Source: an uncultured Planctomycetota bacterium
Lineage (GTDB): Bacteria > Planctomycetota > Planctomycetia > Isosphaerales > Isosphaeraceae
Assembly: GCA_963845755.1 (NCBI GenBank)
Contig: CAWJTV010000048.1
Span: forward strand, 1-64,000
Length of the DNA stretch: 64,000 bases
Direction of reading: 5' to 3'
The notes under the pieces were generated by a model that saw nothing but the letters and a program-made list of their open reading frames with translations, made no database searches and was not told where the DNA came from. Below are positions 34,238 through 44,454 of the stretch, piece after piece. How positions within the stretch are numbered: position 1 is the stretch's first letter; each line of letters begins with the position of its first letter. A program made the translations under genes and the position numbers.

Positions 34238-34337
34238 CACGTCTCCCGCGCTCGCGCGCGAATTGCATCCTGGACAACCTGGTTCGCCTGGACGCCGTAG
34301 GTCGCCACGTCTCCCGCGCTCGCGCGCGAATTGCATC
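34238..34337 (+). repeat. Two exact 32-bp direct repeats separated by 36 bp (CRISPR-like geometry)
   Basis: CACGTCTCCCGCGCTCGCGCGCGAATTGCATC at 34238-34269 and 34306-34337. Confidence 0.85.
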
Positions 34338-34560
34338 TGGCAGGTCGAGGGCGATCGGCCTCGAGCCGGCCCGTTCACAGCATGCCGCCCCGACCCTTGA
34401 GGTTGCCATTGCGCCGATTTTGCTAACCTCTGGATGCCGTTCTATAATTGTTATGACCCTCTTGGATAGGCGGGATTCCCGACAATGCCGGGAGAATCAC
34501 CGCAACTCGAACGACGATCTGATGTTCACGTCCCCGATCGCCCCTGTGACGAACTGGAAG

Positions 34561-35402
34561 ATGCCCACCATGAGTCGGAACGAGAGAGCGAGACGCAAGC
34601 CGTTGGGATTCGAGCCGCTCGAGGGACGCCCATTACTGAGCTTGGCCGGTATGAATCCGCCGCATCAGTCGGGCGCGGCCATCCTGGCCCGAGTGCACGA
34701 GCCGAAGCTCTCGTTCAATGCGGCGGGGGAGAAGGCCGTGCTCAACGCGATCTTCGGCGGCGCGGGCCACGAATTCGTGGCCTTGGCGCTCAAGGAGATG
34801 AGGAACCCGCTTGGGGTTGCCGCGGGCATCGGCGACGGCACGATCACCCAGTATTCCGTCCCCGGCCTGGTCGTCAAGAGGATCAACCTGCAGAGCGGAT
34901 ACACGGGGCTTCCCCATGACGCCTTGGCCCTGAACATCGGCGGCGCCGTCGTGTTGAAGCACAAGAAGATCGAGTTGGGAGCGATCGGCGCGGGCCGTTC
35001 ACAACCACGCCGTTTGCGACGACGATCGTCTTCGCCATCAATCGCGGCGCCGGCCAGAGGCTAGGGCCCTACTACTCCCAACGGCCCGGAATCACGCCTG
35101 ATGAGTTGGTCAGCGTGACGGTGGGGCCCTACGGACAGAACAACTCGGCCACCATCACCGATCTGACCACCGGCTCCACGCAAACGATCAGCTCACCCGT
35201 GATTCGGGTGGCCGGGCCAACCGTGCGGATCCTGCTCAATGCGAGCCAGCTCCCCTCCGAGGGATTCGCGCTCAAGCATTATACCTTCGCGGTCTGGGCC
35301 GCGTTGGAGCCCAATGCACCGTTCCAGGATGTGGGCAGCTTCGTCCCCGAGGACTCGATGATTCCGATCGGCGTGGAACCCAATGTGAACCCCACGCTTT
35401 GA
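34561..35402 (+). CDS. Secreted protein with planctomycete extracellular signal (frameshift ~34990)
   Basis: RRKPLGFEPLEGRPLLS; continues into ORF 35106-35402. Confidence 0.7.
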
Positions 35403-35437
35403 TCGAATCGCGCCGGGGATCCTCGGGGAATCGGTCG

Positions 35438-36271
<834 letters not shown>

Positions 36272-36561
36272 CTCTTACCCTCCCACGACTGGCATGGCCC
36301 GGTTGATCAAGGTCGTCCGTGCCGTCCACCGAGCGGCTTGACGCGGAAGCATAACGACTTCCGCCGGATGCGCAAAGGCGAAACGCGATGTCGCGCGGCC
36401 ATTTCGTTAGCAGCCAGATCGAGGTCTCAGAGGCTTTGAAAGAATCGTTCCCACATGACAAATCCAAAATAAAGAATGGATGGAAATCCTGTTGACATAG
36501 GGCATTTCGTTCATTGAATCTTGAATCGGGACTCCTTCTATCCGGTACTCTTCCCATCCTG

Positions 36562-37587
36562 TCAGGCTTCGTATAGTGTCGGCCAGACGGCGGCGAGATC
36601 GGCAACCTGCTCGGCCGGGACCGTCGAACCCGGCCGGGAGGAGCGGGCCAGCAGCCGCGCCAGGTCGCCCGCCTCGACCGCGGGGATCCTCGCGGTCTCG
36701 GCGGACCGCCTCAGTGAGCGGCCGGGCGAGCCGGTCGCGGTGGTCCGGATCGTGACCCGTCGCGGCGGCGGGCCTCCCGAAAGGATTATCGTCAGGCCGC
36801 CGGGACCGGTCAGCATGAGGCTCGCCCCGGCGAGCAGCTCGGGCGAATCGCCGCGCCAGGCGCGGGCCATCTGCCGCCGTTGCGCCTGCGCGGCCGGGTC
36901 GCCCTCGATCACCCGCTGGTCCTCGCGCTGCTCCTGGGCCGTCGTCCGCAGCATCGTCTCGAATCGGGCGTAGCGCAGACCATAGTCGATCAGACCCAGG
37001 ATCAGGAACACGCCCGCCAGCACGCCTGACAGACGGAACACCGACCGGCCCGCCGCCCGCGCCAGGGCCGCGACCTCCAGCCGGCTGAGCGCCTGGAGTT
37101 CATGCCATCCATCGCGAAGGACCCAGGCCGAGACGGTGACCACGACGACCGCCTTGACCATCGCCCAGGCCACATTTCCCGACCGGACCGCAAGTCCAGG
37201 ACCCGTTCCCGGCGTCCAGAGTCGTGCCGGATCCGGGGCGATCAGACTGGTCGCAAAGAGCCCCGTCACCTGTAACTGGTGCGCGGCCAGCGCCGCGCCA
37301 CCGAACGCGACAAGGACGATCCCGAGCGGCCAGGCCAGCACGAGGAGCACGCTCCGAATCCGAGACGCGACGACGGCGGGATCGGCCGGGAACGCCGGCA
37401 TCGTCATGGAATCCGACACGAGACGCATCATCACCGCCGCCAGCTCTTTGCCGGATACGCCCAGCACGATCACGGCCACGAGCCAGCCCACGGCGGCCGT
37501 CAGTTCCGGGCTATGCACGGCCTGACCCTGCTCGCGCGCCTGTTGCCGGCGATGCTTCGATGGTGGCTGTGTCCGATCTTCGGACAT
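36562..37587 (-). CDS. flhB: FlhB/SctU-family export switch protein, divergent
   Basis: EDRTQPPSKHRRQQAREQGQAVHSPEL, four TMs, EQRED..EGDP, LARLL; NPTH position reads GPGG. Confidence 0.88.
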   Translation of the reverse strand: MSEDRTQPPSKHRRQQAREQGQAVHSPELTAAVGWLVAVIVLGVSGKELAAVMMRLVSDSMTMPAFPADPAVVASRIRSVLLVLAWPLGIVLVAFGGAALAAHQLQVTGLFATSLIAPDPARLWTPGTGPGLAVRSGNVAWAMVKAVVVVTVSAWVLRDGWHELQALSRLEVAALARAAGRSVFRLSGVLAGVFLILGLIDYGLRYARFETMLRTTAQEQREDQRVIEGDPAAQAQRRQMARAWRGDSPELLAGASLMLTGPGGLTIILSGGPPPRRVTIRTTATGSPGRSLRRSAETARIPAVEAGDLARLLARSSRPGSTVPAEQVADLAAVWPTLYEA

Positions 37588-37684
37588 GATTCATCCTTGA
37601 CTGTGAGGGATTCCCATCCGGGATCGGGATGATTCCTGACTCGGGAATCTGAAATCTCGCATCGTGATTTCCCGATCTGCCTGC

Positions 37685-38455
37685 TCAACGGACCGGGAGC
37701 AAGTTGCTCCAGGTGACGGAGAGTGTGGCCACCAGCGCCGCGAGACCGAGCAAGACCAGGACGATGCCGAGACCGGCCCGGAACGACAGCGAGAGGGTCA
37801 GGAAGGGAAGCGATGAGGCCGTGCGGCTCAACCAACCCAGGACGATGCCCGTCATGACCAGGGCGATTGCCGGGGGCGCGGCCGCTCGCAGAACCAGTGC
37901 TAGTGCGTCGCCGAGTTGGTCCAAGACCTTCGTGGATTCGTCGGAAAGCACGACCTGCCCCATCGGGATGACGCTGTAGCTCGTGGCCAACGCCCGGACC
38001 AGGGCGAGCGGACCGTCCATCGCGAGGAACGCGGCCGTCGCGAGCCAGCCGTAGAGGTTGCCCAGGGGCGTCGTTTCTTCCCCGGACTCCGGGTCGAAGA
38101 GCGTGGCGGTCGAGAGGCCCGCCTGTGCGGCGACGAGTTCGCCCGCCGTCCGAGCCCCGGCCACGATCAGCCCCGCTGCCCAGCCCAGCAGACCTCCGGT
38201 CAACACCTCAGCCAGGCCGGACCAGGCGACACCCGGCCAGTCACGCGGTGCCTCGGCCTGCACGCCCACCACGGGCAACAACGCCGCGCCGAGCATCACG
38301 GCCAGCCCCAGCCGAAACCGCCAGCCTAGCCCGGGTACCGCCAATCCCGGCGCCGTCAGGCATAAACCCAGGATCCGGGCCAGCACCAACGCATACGCGC
38401 CTCCCCGCTCGGCAAGGAAGGACCAGTCAAGTCCTGCGGGAATCTCCCATCCCAT
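37685..38455 (-). CDS. fliR: FliR/SctT export gate protein
   Basis: LARILGL..AP, EVLTGGLLG, AGELVAAQAGLS..FDP, FLAMDG, AAPP..LGWLSR. Confidence 0.9.
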   Translation of the reverse strand: MGWEIPAGLDWSFLAERGGAYALVLARILGLCLTAPGLAVPGLGWRFRLGLAVMLGAALLPVVGVQAEAPRDWPGVAWSGLAEVLTGGLLGWAAGLIVAGARTAGELVAAQAGLSTATLFDPESGEETTPLGNLYGWLATAAFLAMDGPLALVRALATSYSVIPMGQVVLSDESTKVLDQLGDALALVLRAAAPPAIALVMTGIVLGWLSRTASSLPFLTLSLSFRAGLGIVLVLLGLAALVATLSVTWSNLLPVR

Positions 38456-38543
38456 GAGCGCGGATCACCCTCCTTGGAGATCCTCACTACCTGGGGGCAG
38501 ACACCGCGAAGGCTCGGAGCCAACCCCGCATCGTGAGGAACGG

Positions 38544-38810
38544 CTACAACAATTCGGGAATCGACCCGATCAGGTCGACCGCGAACGACACCCAGCGGGC
38601 CAGCATCCAGGGAAGGATCAGAAGCAGCGCCACGGCGACCGCGACCAGCCGGGGGATCAACCCAACCACCGGCTCGTGCAATTGCGTCAAGGTCTGGCCC
38701 ACGTTGATCACCAGACCGACCAGCAGCGCCACCGCCAGCAGCGGCCCACCGAGCAGAAGCGCCATCTGAAGCGCCTGCCGCGACCCGTCGATCGCGTGCG
38801 TCATATCCAT
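38544..38810 (-). CDS. fliQ: FliQ/SctS export gate protein
   Basis: 88 aa; PLLAVALLVGLVI..QTLTQLHE...IPRL...PWM. Confidence 0.92.
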   Translation of the reverse strand: MDMTHAIDGSRQALQMALLLGGPLLAVALLVGLVINVGQTLTQLHEPVVGLIPRLVAVAVALLLILPWMLARWVSFAVDLIGSIPELL

Positions 38811-38890
38811 GAGGAATCCTCACTTTCCGCACGGCTGAAGGATGGGTCGGACCGGATTGATTCAGCCTTCAGCCTTCCGCCTTCCGAAGG

Positions 38891-39832
38891 CTAAGGCCCC
38901 CCACCGGTGCCGAAGCTCGATAGCAACATCTCCGCGACGAGCCTCCAGCCATCGGCCAGGACGAACAGGATCAGCTTGACCGGCGTGGCGACCAGCGTCG
39001 GGGGAAGCATGAATAACCCGGTCGCCGCCAGGACCGAGGAGACAACCAGGTCGACGACCAGGAATGGCAAGTAGATGTAGAATCCCATCATCAAGGCGGT
39101 CGTCAACTCGCTGAGCAAGTAGGCCGGCATCACCACGCGAAGCGGAAAGTCCTCCGGCCGCGCGGGAACGGCCGGGGCCTGGCCGGGACTCGAGGGGACG
39201 GCGTACTCGAAGAGTCCGGCGAGGTAATCCTCGTGCCGGTAGAGGACGATCTGGTCGATCATGAACATCTTGATCGGCTGCGAGCCCGCCGTCCACGCAG
39301 CGACGGCATCGATCTTCCCCTGAGAATACGGCTGGATCGCCCGCTGATAGACCGACTCCCCCTTCGGCCACATCACCAGAGCCGTGAGCAAGAGCGCCAG
39401 CGCGGTCAAGACCTGGTTGCCGGGAACCTGGGGACTTCCCAGGGCCTGGCGGAGCAGCGTCAGGACGATGTTGATCCGCACAAACGCCGTCAGCATGAGC
39501 AGGCCGATCGGGGCCAGGGAGACCAGGCCGAAGAGGGCGACGTTCTGGAGCGCCCGTGCCGTGTTGACCGGGAGCGCACGGGCGGGGTTGACGTGGTCTG
39601 GGGGAGACGCCGTGGCTGTCGACTCGAGCTCGGCGGCCTGGTTCGGCCCCACGGTCGAGGAGGCGGCGCGACCCGTGCTCGTCTGGCCATGCGCGGCTTT
39701 GACGTGCGGGCGTAGCCCGTCGTCCGCCAGGCACGCGCTCGCGCCCAGGACGGTCAGCATCGCCGAGAGCCACAGCCTGGCCCACACCGGCGGCGCGAGT
39801 CGACGATAGGTCGTGTCGCCTCGGTCGATCAT
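38891..39832 (-). CDS. fliP: FliP export gate protein
   Basis: TAFVRINIVLTLLRQALG..QVPGNQVL, PAYLLSEL, YLPFLVVDLVV, KLILFVLADGW. Confidence 0.95.
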   Translation of the reverse strand: MIDRGDTTYRRLAPPVWARLWLSAMLTVLGASACLADDGLRPHVKAAHGQTSTGRAASSTVGPNQAAELESTATASPPDHVNPARALPVNTARALQNVALFGLVSLAPIGLLMLTAFVRINIVLTLLRQALGSPQVPGNQVLTALALLLTALVMWPKGESVYQRAIQPYSQGKIDAVAAWTAGSQPIKMFMIDQIVLYRHEDYLAGLFEYAVPSSPGQAPAVPARPEDFPLRVVMPAYLLSELTTALMMGFYIYLPFLVVDLVVSSVLAATGLFMLPPTLVATPVKLILFVLADGWRLVAEMLLSSFGTGGGP

Positions 39833-40353
39833 GCGCCCTCCTCCCGATGAGATCCTGGCGGGCTGTCGGTGATATCGTCCACCTCACTGATGAGTGAGGG
39901 CGGCCCCTGGGGACCAGCCCCGACGAGTAGGACCTTCCCGCCGACGCGGAGCAGATACACGGAATGCTTGGGCGAGAGGCTGACCCGGCCGACGACATAC
40001 ACGCCGCCGGCCGCGGGGCGGGGAGCGAACCGGCGGACTGCGGCGGTGATCCCTCCGAAGACGGCCAGGATCAGGGCGATACCCGCAATTCCTGGCCACC
40101 AGCCCTCGCTCGCCGTCGTTCCGGTCCCTCTTGTCTCACTGCCCAACCAGGGATATCGCGATGGTCGGGAGACACCGGAGCGCGTCGGCGGACTCGCGGC
40201 CGTCGCATCCGGATCCGCCTGAGCAGGTCGTGCGAACAACGCCGCGGCCAGGATCGCGGAAACGCCAAAGCTCAGGTATCGTTTCCTCTGTCCTGATGGG
40301 GGACGAACGCAACCGCACCCCGCATCAGGAAGCATCAGCGGATCGCGATTCAT
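39829..40353 (-). CDS. fliO: FliO-family protein
   Basis: TM then VYVVGRVSLSPKHSVYLLRVGGKVLLVG; overlaps the fliP start. Confidence 0.85.
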   Translation of the reverse strand: MNRDPLMLPDAGCGCVRPPSGQRKRYLSFGVSAILAAALFARPAQADPDATAASPPTRSGVSRPSRYPWLGSETRGTGTTASEGWWPGIAGIALILAVFGGITAAVRRFAPRPAAGGVYVVGRVSLSPKHSVYLLRVGGKVLLVGAGPQGPPSLISEVDDITDSPPGSHREEGA

Positions 40354-40369
40354 TCGCCGGCATCCTCTC

Positions 40370-40560
40370 AACGCGGCCAGCGGCCGCAACCCATGGGGAA
40401 TTCAGGATTGAGAATTCAGCATTCGAGATTAAAAGGACCATTTCATCGCAAATTTGGAATTTTGATTTATTGAGCCTTGAAATTGAAGTATTGGATCTCG
40501 TGTCTTGGATCTCGAGAATATCGAATCCGGAATCTCGAATGAGAAATCTCTCAGACGCTC
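40370..40560. repeat. Hairpin element plus AT-rich degenerate heptamer tract
   Basis: AACGCGGCCAGCGGCCGCAACC then GAATTCA GGATTGA GAATTCA ... GAATCCG GAATCTC GAATGAG AAATCTC. Confidence 0.75.
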
Positions 40561-40589
40561 ATGACGCAAAGACCTTCCGGAGGAAGCTC

Positions 40590-41225
40590 CTACACCAGAA
40601 CTTCGTCGCTCCCATTCGGTTCCGGAAGGTTGACCCGGCCGTGATCGTAGAGGCGCCGCAACCTTTCGGCGACCTCGAGCTGGGCCGCCTCCGAGTCGGA
40701 GAGTCGGAACGGGCCGAGGTTGTCCAGATGTTGCCGCAGCGCGGCGGCGGATGAGCTGGAGAGGGCTCCCAGCACCTTGGCCCTCACGATCGCGGCGGCG
40801 CCGGCCAGCGCCAGCGCCCACGCCTGGCGGTCCTCTTCGTGGTAGGCCGCGCGGATGTCGGCATCGCTCATCTTGACCAGGTCGTCGAAGACGAAGCAGA
40901 GCCGGCGCAGGCCCAGGCTGTAGAATTCATCCAGCACGGCCGCACGCTCGTCGGGATCGATCCGGTCCAGCCGGGCGATTTCCCAGGTCACCGTCTCGAC
41001 GGCCGATCGATCCAGGTGCGACAGTAACTGCGAGGCCAGCGATTGCTCGAGGCTGACAAGCACGATCGCCGCCTTGCGCAGCGTTGAGGTCTCGCCATTG
41101 TCAGAACCCGCCGGCCGGGCGGGGGATCGAGACACCATCTCCTCGGCGGCCTCGCGCGCCTCCGGTTCGCACGCCGCGGGCCCGCGCGGTCCCGGGGAGT
41201 GATACTGCGGCCGGATCGTCGTCAT
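40590..41225 (-). CDS. fliG: Shortened FliG (N and C domains, middle domain absent)
   Basis: RKAAIVLVSL...EIARL...VLDEF followed directly by FVFDDL...ALALAGA...LGPFRLSDSEAAQ. Confidence 0.85.
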   Translation of the reverse strand: MTTIRPQYHSPGPRGPAACEPEAREAAEEMVSRSPARPAGSDNGETSTLRKAAIVLVSLEQSLASQLLSHLDRSAVETVTWEIARLDRIDPDERAAVLDEFYSLGLRRLCFVFDDLVKMSDADIRAAYHEEDRQAWALALAGAAAIVRAKVLGALSSSSAAALRQHLDNLGPFRLSDSEAAQLEVAERLRRLYDHGRVNLPEPNGSDEVLV

Positions 41226-42709
41226 GAGGCGCGCCCTCCCTGCGCGGTCCAGCGCTGGAGCACGCTGGCGGCGGCCTCGGGGTCACGACGGACCAGCTCG
41301 CGGACCCGCTCCGAAGGATTCGGTTCGTCGGCCGAGTCCGCCCGATAGCGTCGCGTCCGGCCCTCCGTCTCCGGCAGTCGAGCGGGCCGGCGCGCGACCT
41401 GGATCCAGGACGCCAGGGCCGTCAGCAGGGTGAAGGCGACGGCGGCGGCGACGGCCGCCACGATCCCCCAATCGGTCGCCTTCCGCCGCGCGTCGGGCAG
41501 CACCGACGGACGGCCCACCGGACCGTCGGGGAATGTGTCAACCTCCACCGTCCACGACGGGACTTCCATCTTTACCAGCTTGATGATCTGCTCCTTGGTG
41601 CGAGCAGCCAGCTCGCGGAGCACTTCGGGAGTCGGCTCGCGCTGATCGGCCGTGGGGTGCATGAGGTTGAAATAGAAACTCCGCGGCACATTCACCAGCA
41701 CCTGTCCCTGCTCGGACAGCACGGGCGGGGCCGGGGTCGGACGGGCCGCTTCGACGATCGTCGGCACGGGCTCATCGAGATCGATCGGCTGATTGACTCC
41801 CATGGCGGGCGCAGGGACGGGACGAGCCCGTTCGGGGGCGTCGGTCGCCGCCGGGGCCGGTCGCGGGGACTCGTCGTGTCGCTCCATCAACCGAACCCAT
41901 ACATGGACTCCCTTGATATAAGACAGCTTCTCCAGGAGCTTCTTCTTTAGCTCTTCTTCCCGCGCCTGGTCGCGCGATGAGCTGGCCTCCGACGGGTTGC
42001 GCGGGTTGAAGATCAAATTCCCACGGATGTCGATCACCGTGATCGACTGCTCGGTCAGCTCGGGCTCGTTGCCGAGCAGGATCGTCGGGATCAACTGCCG
42101 GGTCCGGCCGGGGAGCGGTCGATTCGGCTCCGTCTCGACCGTGACGAACGCGGAGGGTTTGCCCCTGAGGTGCCGAGTCCCGGTCGAGCGGGGCCATCGG
42201 ATCGATACCTGCGATGCGACGATCCCATCGAGTTTGTTGAGGCACCCCTCGATGGACCGCTCCTGGCGGAGCCGCTCGTTCTGCTCCTTCTCCCGCGTCG
42301 TCTTCATGATCGAGTCCCACCAGTCCTCGGGAGCGCGGATCTCCTCGAAGGACGGCGGCCCGACATGCAGCTTGGCGAACACGATGACGGCCTGATCGTA
42401 CTGGTCGGCGGAGATCTCGACCTTGCGGTCGTCGACGCGATAGGAGATCCCCTTCTCGTCGAGGGCCTGGCCGATCCGCCTCAGGTCGTCCGACGAGAAT
42501 AGCCGGCCCGAAGCGAGGTAGTGCGTCCCGGTGGGGACCAGGGCTGTGGGACCCCAGTAGACCGCCGCGGCCAGGCCGAGGACCAGCGCCAGGATCAGGC
42601 TCGCGCGGACCATGGGACTGCGGGCCATCATGGCGCGCCGGAATCGATCGACGCCGGCGCGTATCCAGGCCATCGGCGCGGTGGAAGACAAGCGATCGAG
42701 GGTCCGCAT
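41222..42709 (-). CDS. fliF: FliF-like MS-ring protein, divergent
   Basis: TM1; IGQALDEKGISYRV; ERSIE..LDGI..KPSAFV..ITVID.RG; TM2; C-terminal VRELVRRDPEAAASVLQRW; overlaps the fliG start. Confidence 0.82.
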   Translation of the reverse strand: MRTLDRLSSTAPMAWIRAGVDRFRRAMMARSPMVRASLILALVLGLAAAVYWGPTALVPTGTHYLASGRLFSSDDLRRIGQALDEKGISYRVDDRKVEISADQYDQAVIVFAKLHVGPPSFEEIRAPEDWWDSIMKTTREKEQNERLRQERSIEGCLNKLDGIVASQVSIRWPRSTGTRHLRGKPSAFVTVETEPNRPLPGRTRQLIPTILLGNEPELTEQSITVIDIRGNLIFNPRNPSEASSSRDQAREEELKKKLLEKLSYIKGVHVWVRLMERHDESPRPAPAATDAPERARPVPAPAMGVNQPIDLDEPVPTIVEAARPTPAPPVLSEQGQVLVNVPRSFYFNLMHPTADQREPTPEVLRELAARTKEQIIKLVKMEVPSWTVEVDTFPDGPVGRPSVLPDARRKATDWGIVAAVAAAVAFTLLTALASWIQVARRPARLPETEGRTRRYRADSADEPNPSERVRELVRRDPEAAASVLQRWTAQGGRAS

Positions 42710-42918
42710 CAAGCCCTCCGGACAAGAGGATCGTGCCGCCGAGTCGAGGCGTCCCGCTCCACGTCGCATCCTACCGCGTCGCCTCACGTTCGGATCGGGT
42801 CGCCCGACCTGGCCCGTCCGGTCGCCCCCCACGGACAGGGCCCTAGCCGACCGCCCATTCCGAGAAACCGCCGATCGAGGCGTGCGACTGCCGGCGTAGA
42901 GGACCGTTTCCGGCGCGG

Positions 42919-42949
42919 AGAGTTATCCACAATCGACGCCGTTTGTCAA
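42919..42949 (-). promoter_or_regulatory. Putative fliF promoter overlapped by a perfect DnaA box
   Basis: Minus strand TTGACA (42949-42944) with a weak -10 (GATAACT); TTATCCACA at 42923-42931. Confidence 0.5.
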
Positions 42950-43390
42950 TCGCGCCCTACTCGATCCGAAGGGTTATTGCGGGGCTCATCCGGGCGGGAC
43001 AGCGCTTCCCGAGCCTTGCGTCAAGGCGTTCACCAAACCCATGCGAAGTCCGGCGGCGGAGGGGTTCTGGCGCAGGGATCCTGGCACCTACGCATCCCCA
43101 TCGTGAGGCACCTGGAATACGACGAACGGCCCCGAATCGCCGGAGGGCGACTCGGGGCCGTCGTTGCTTCGGATCATCACCTGCGTGGTGAGCTCGCGGG
43201 GTTGCGGCGTCGCGTGGGATCTCCCTGCGGATGAAGACCTTCTCCGCCCCGGGGCCGGTCTCCTGGCGGATTCCTGGGGACGTGAGGACCGTTGCAGGTC
43301 GCCCTGAAACGATCGCTCCAGTCGCCGTGGAAGCGGCAGGCGGCCACGGGCGGACGCATTCAGCACGGCAGGACTCGATTCAACCCGATC

Positions 43391-43975
43391 TCAGTTGCCC
43401 GAGGGGGTCGGAAGGAGCAGGCCGTTCTGCGAGCCGATTGCCGACGACCCTTTGACTTCGGGAGCGGGCGGGACTTCCTCGCCGCCAACGGCGGCCGGGG
43501 TCATCTCGGCGGGCACCGAGGCGATGCTGGTCGTCGACCGGGACGGCAAGAAGGTGTGCTGTCCGGCGCCATAGACCGAGGGGCGCGTATACTGGCCCGA
43601 CGGAGCGGCATACTGACCGGAGGGGCCAACATGCTGACTGGTCGGGTAGATCGGAGCGGAGCTGCAAGTGCTGCAGCCGCTGCCACCATGGCCGAGGCTG
43701 AAGTGGTGCTTCTTCTTCAGGACCCACTCATAAGACGTGGAGTGCTGGAACATACCGCACATCTTCTTCAGTCCGCTGCCCCACTGGTGGTGCTGCCTGC
43801 CGCCGCAAGGCGACCCGCCGCAGCCACCATAAGAGCCCTGAGGGCTGGCCACGACGCCTTGCGGCGACGCCAGTCCACAAGTCGCACAGTTACTATCGTG
43901 CAAGCCCGCCTTGCTCACGCTGCACAGACTCAGAGCGACGGCGAGGCTGAGGCTCAACGTCAAGGGCTTCAACAT
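43391..43975 (-). CDS. Secreted low-complexity Cys/His/Gly/Pro-rich protein
   Basis: Signal peptide MLKPLTLSLSLAVALSLCSVSKA; CATC, CSTC, ASPQ and PSGQY repeats; AGGAG RBS. Confidence 0.75.
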   Translation of the reverse strand: MLKPLTLSLSLAVALSLCSVSKAGLHDSNCATCGLASPQGVVASPQGSYGGCGGSPCGGRQHHQWGSGLKKMCGMFQHSTSYEWVLKKKHHFSLGHGGSGCSTCSSAPIYPTSQHVGPSGQYAAPSGQYTRPSVYGAGQHTFLPSRSTTSIASVPAEMTPAAVGGEEVPPAPEVKGSSAIGSQNGLLLPTPSGN

Positions 43976-44454
43976 GGGAGATAACTCTCCTTGGCTAACA
44001 TTGATCGAGGGTGGCGATTCCGGCCGGCCGTCTCGCTCGACCCTGATTTCACGTCGGTCGTCCATGGCATCGTTTCGTCGGCCTGGTCTTCCCGGGACCC
44101 GAGGCCTTGTAGCCTCTTGCTTCCGAGACGATGCCACCAGTTTGGTGCTCCCGTCTCCTCGCCGTGGCTTGACCTTGGCGAGCCAGTCGCATTTATCGTC
44201 ATCGCGGCCAGTGCGCTTGAGGACGCTTCATGTTTTATGTCAAAGACTTAGGTCGAACAACGTGACGGTCGTCGCGGTCAGGCAAGACGTGCGGCCTACA
44301 CAAGGAGAAATGCCCGCACGATCGGCACGACCCGACTTCCAGGCGCGATCAGGTCCAGCCGACCCGACGCTCTGGTGCAGTCAACAGATTCCGAACATCC
44401 GCACCCTGCCGGCCCCTCCGGAAGTTCGGGGTCGTGATCGGCGCCGACGCGGGA

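Noticed and set aside
36492..36520. TTGACA in the AT-rich parA-flhB gap as an antisense promoter
   Set aside because: No convincing -10 at proper spacing; insufficient support
36562..42709. Cluster as an injectisome (non-flagellar T3SS)
   Set aside because: FliO, FliG and a two-TM FliF indicate flagellar ancestry; no secretin, needle or SctD genes seen
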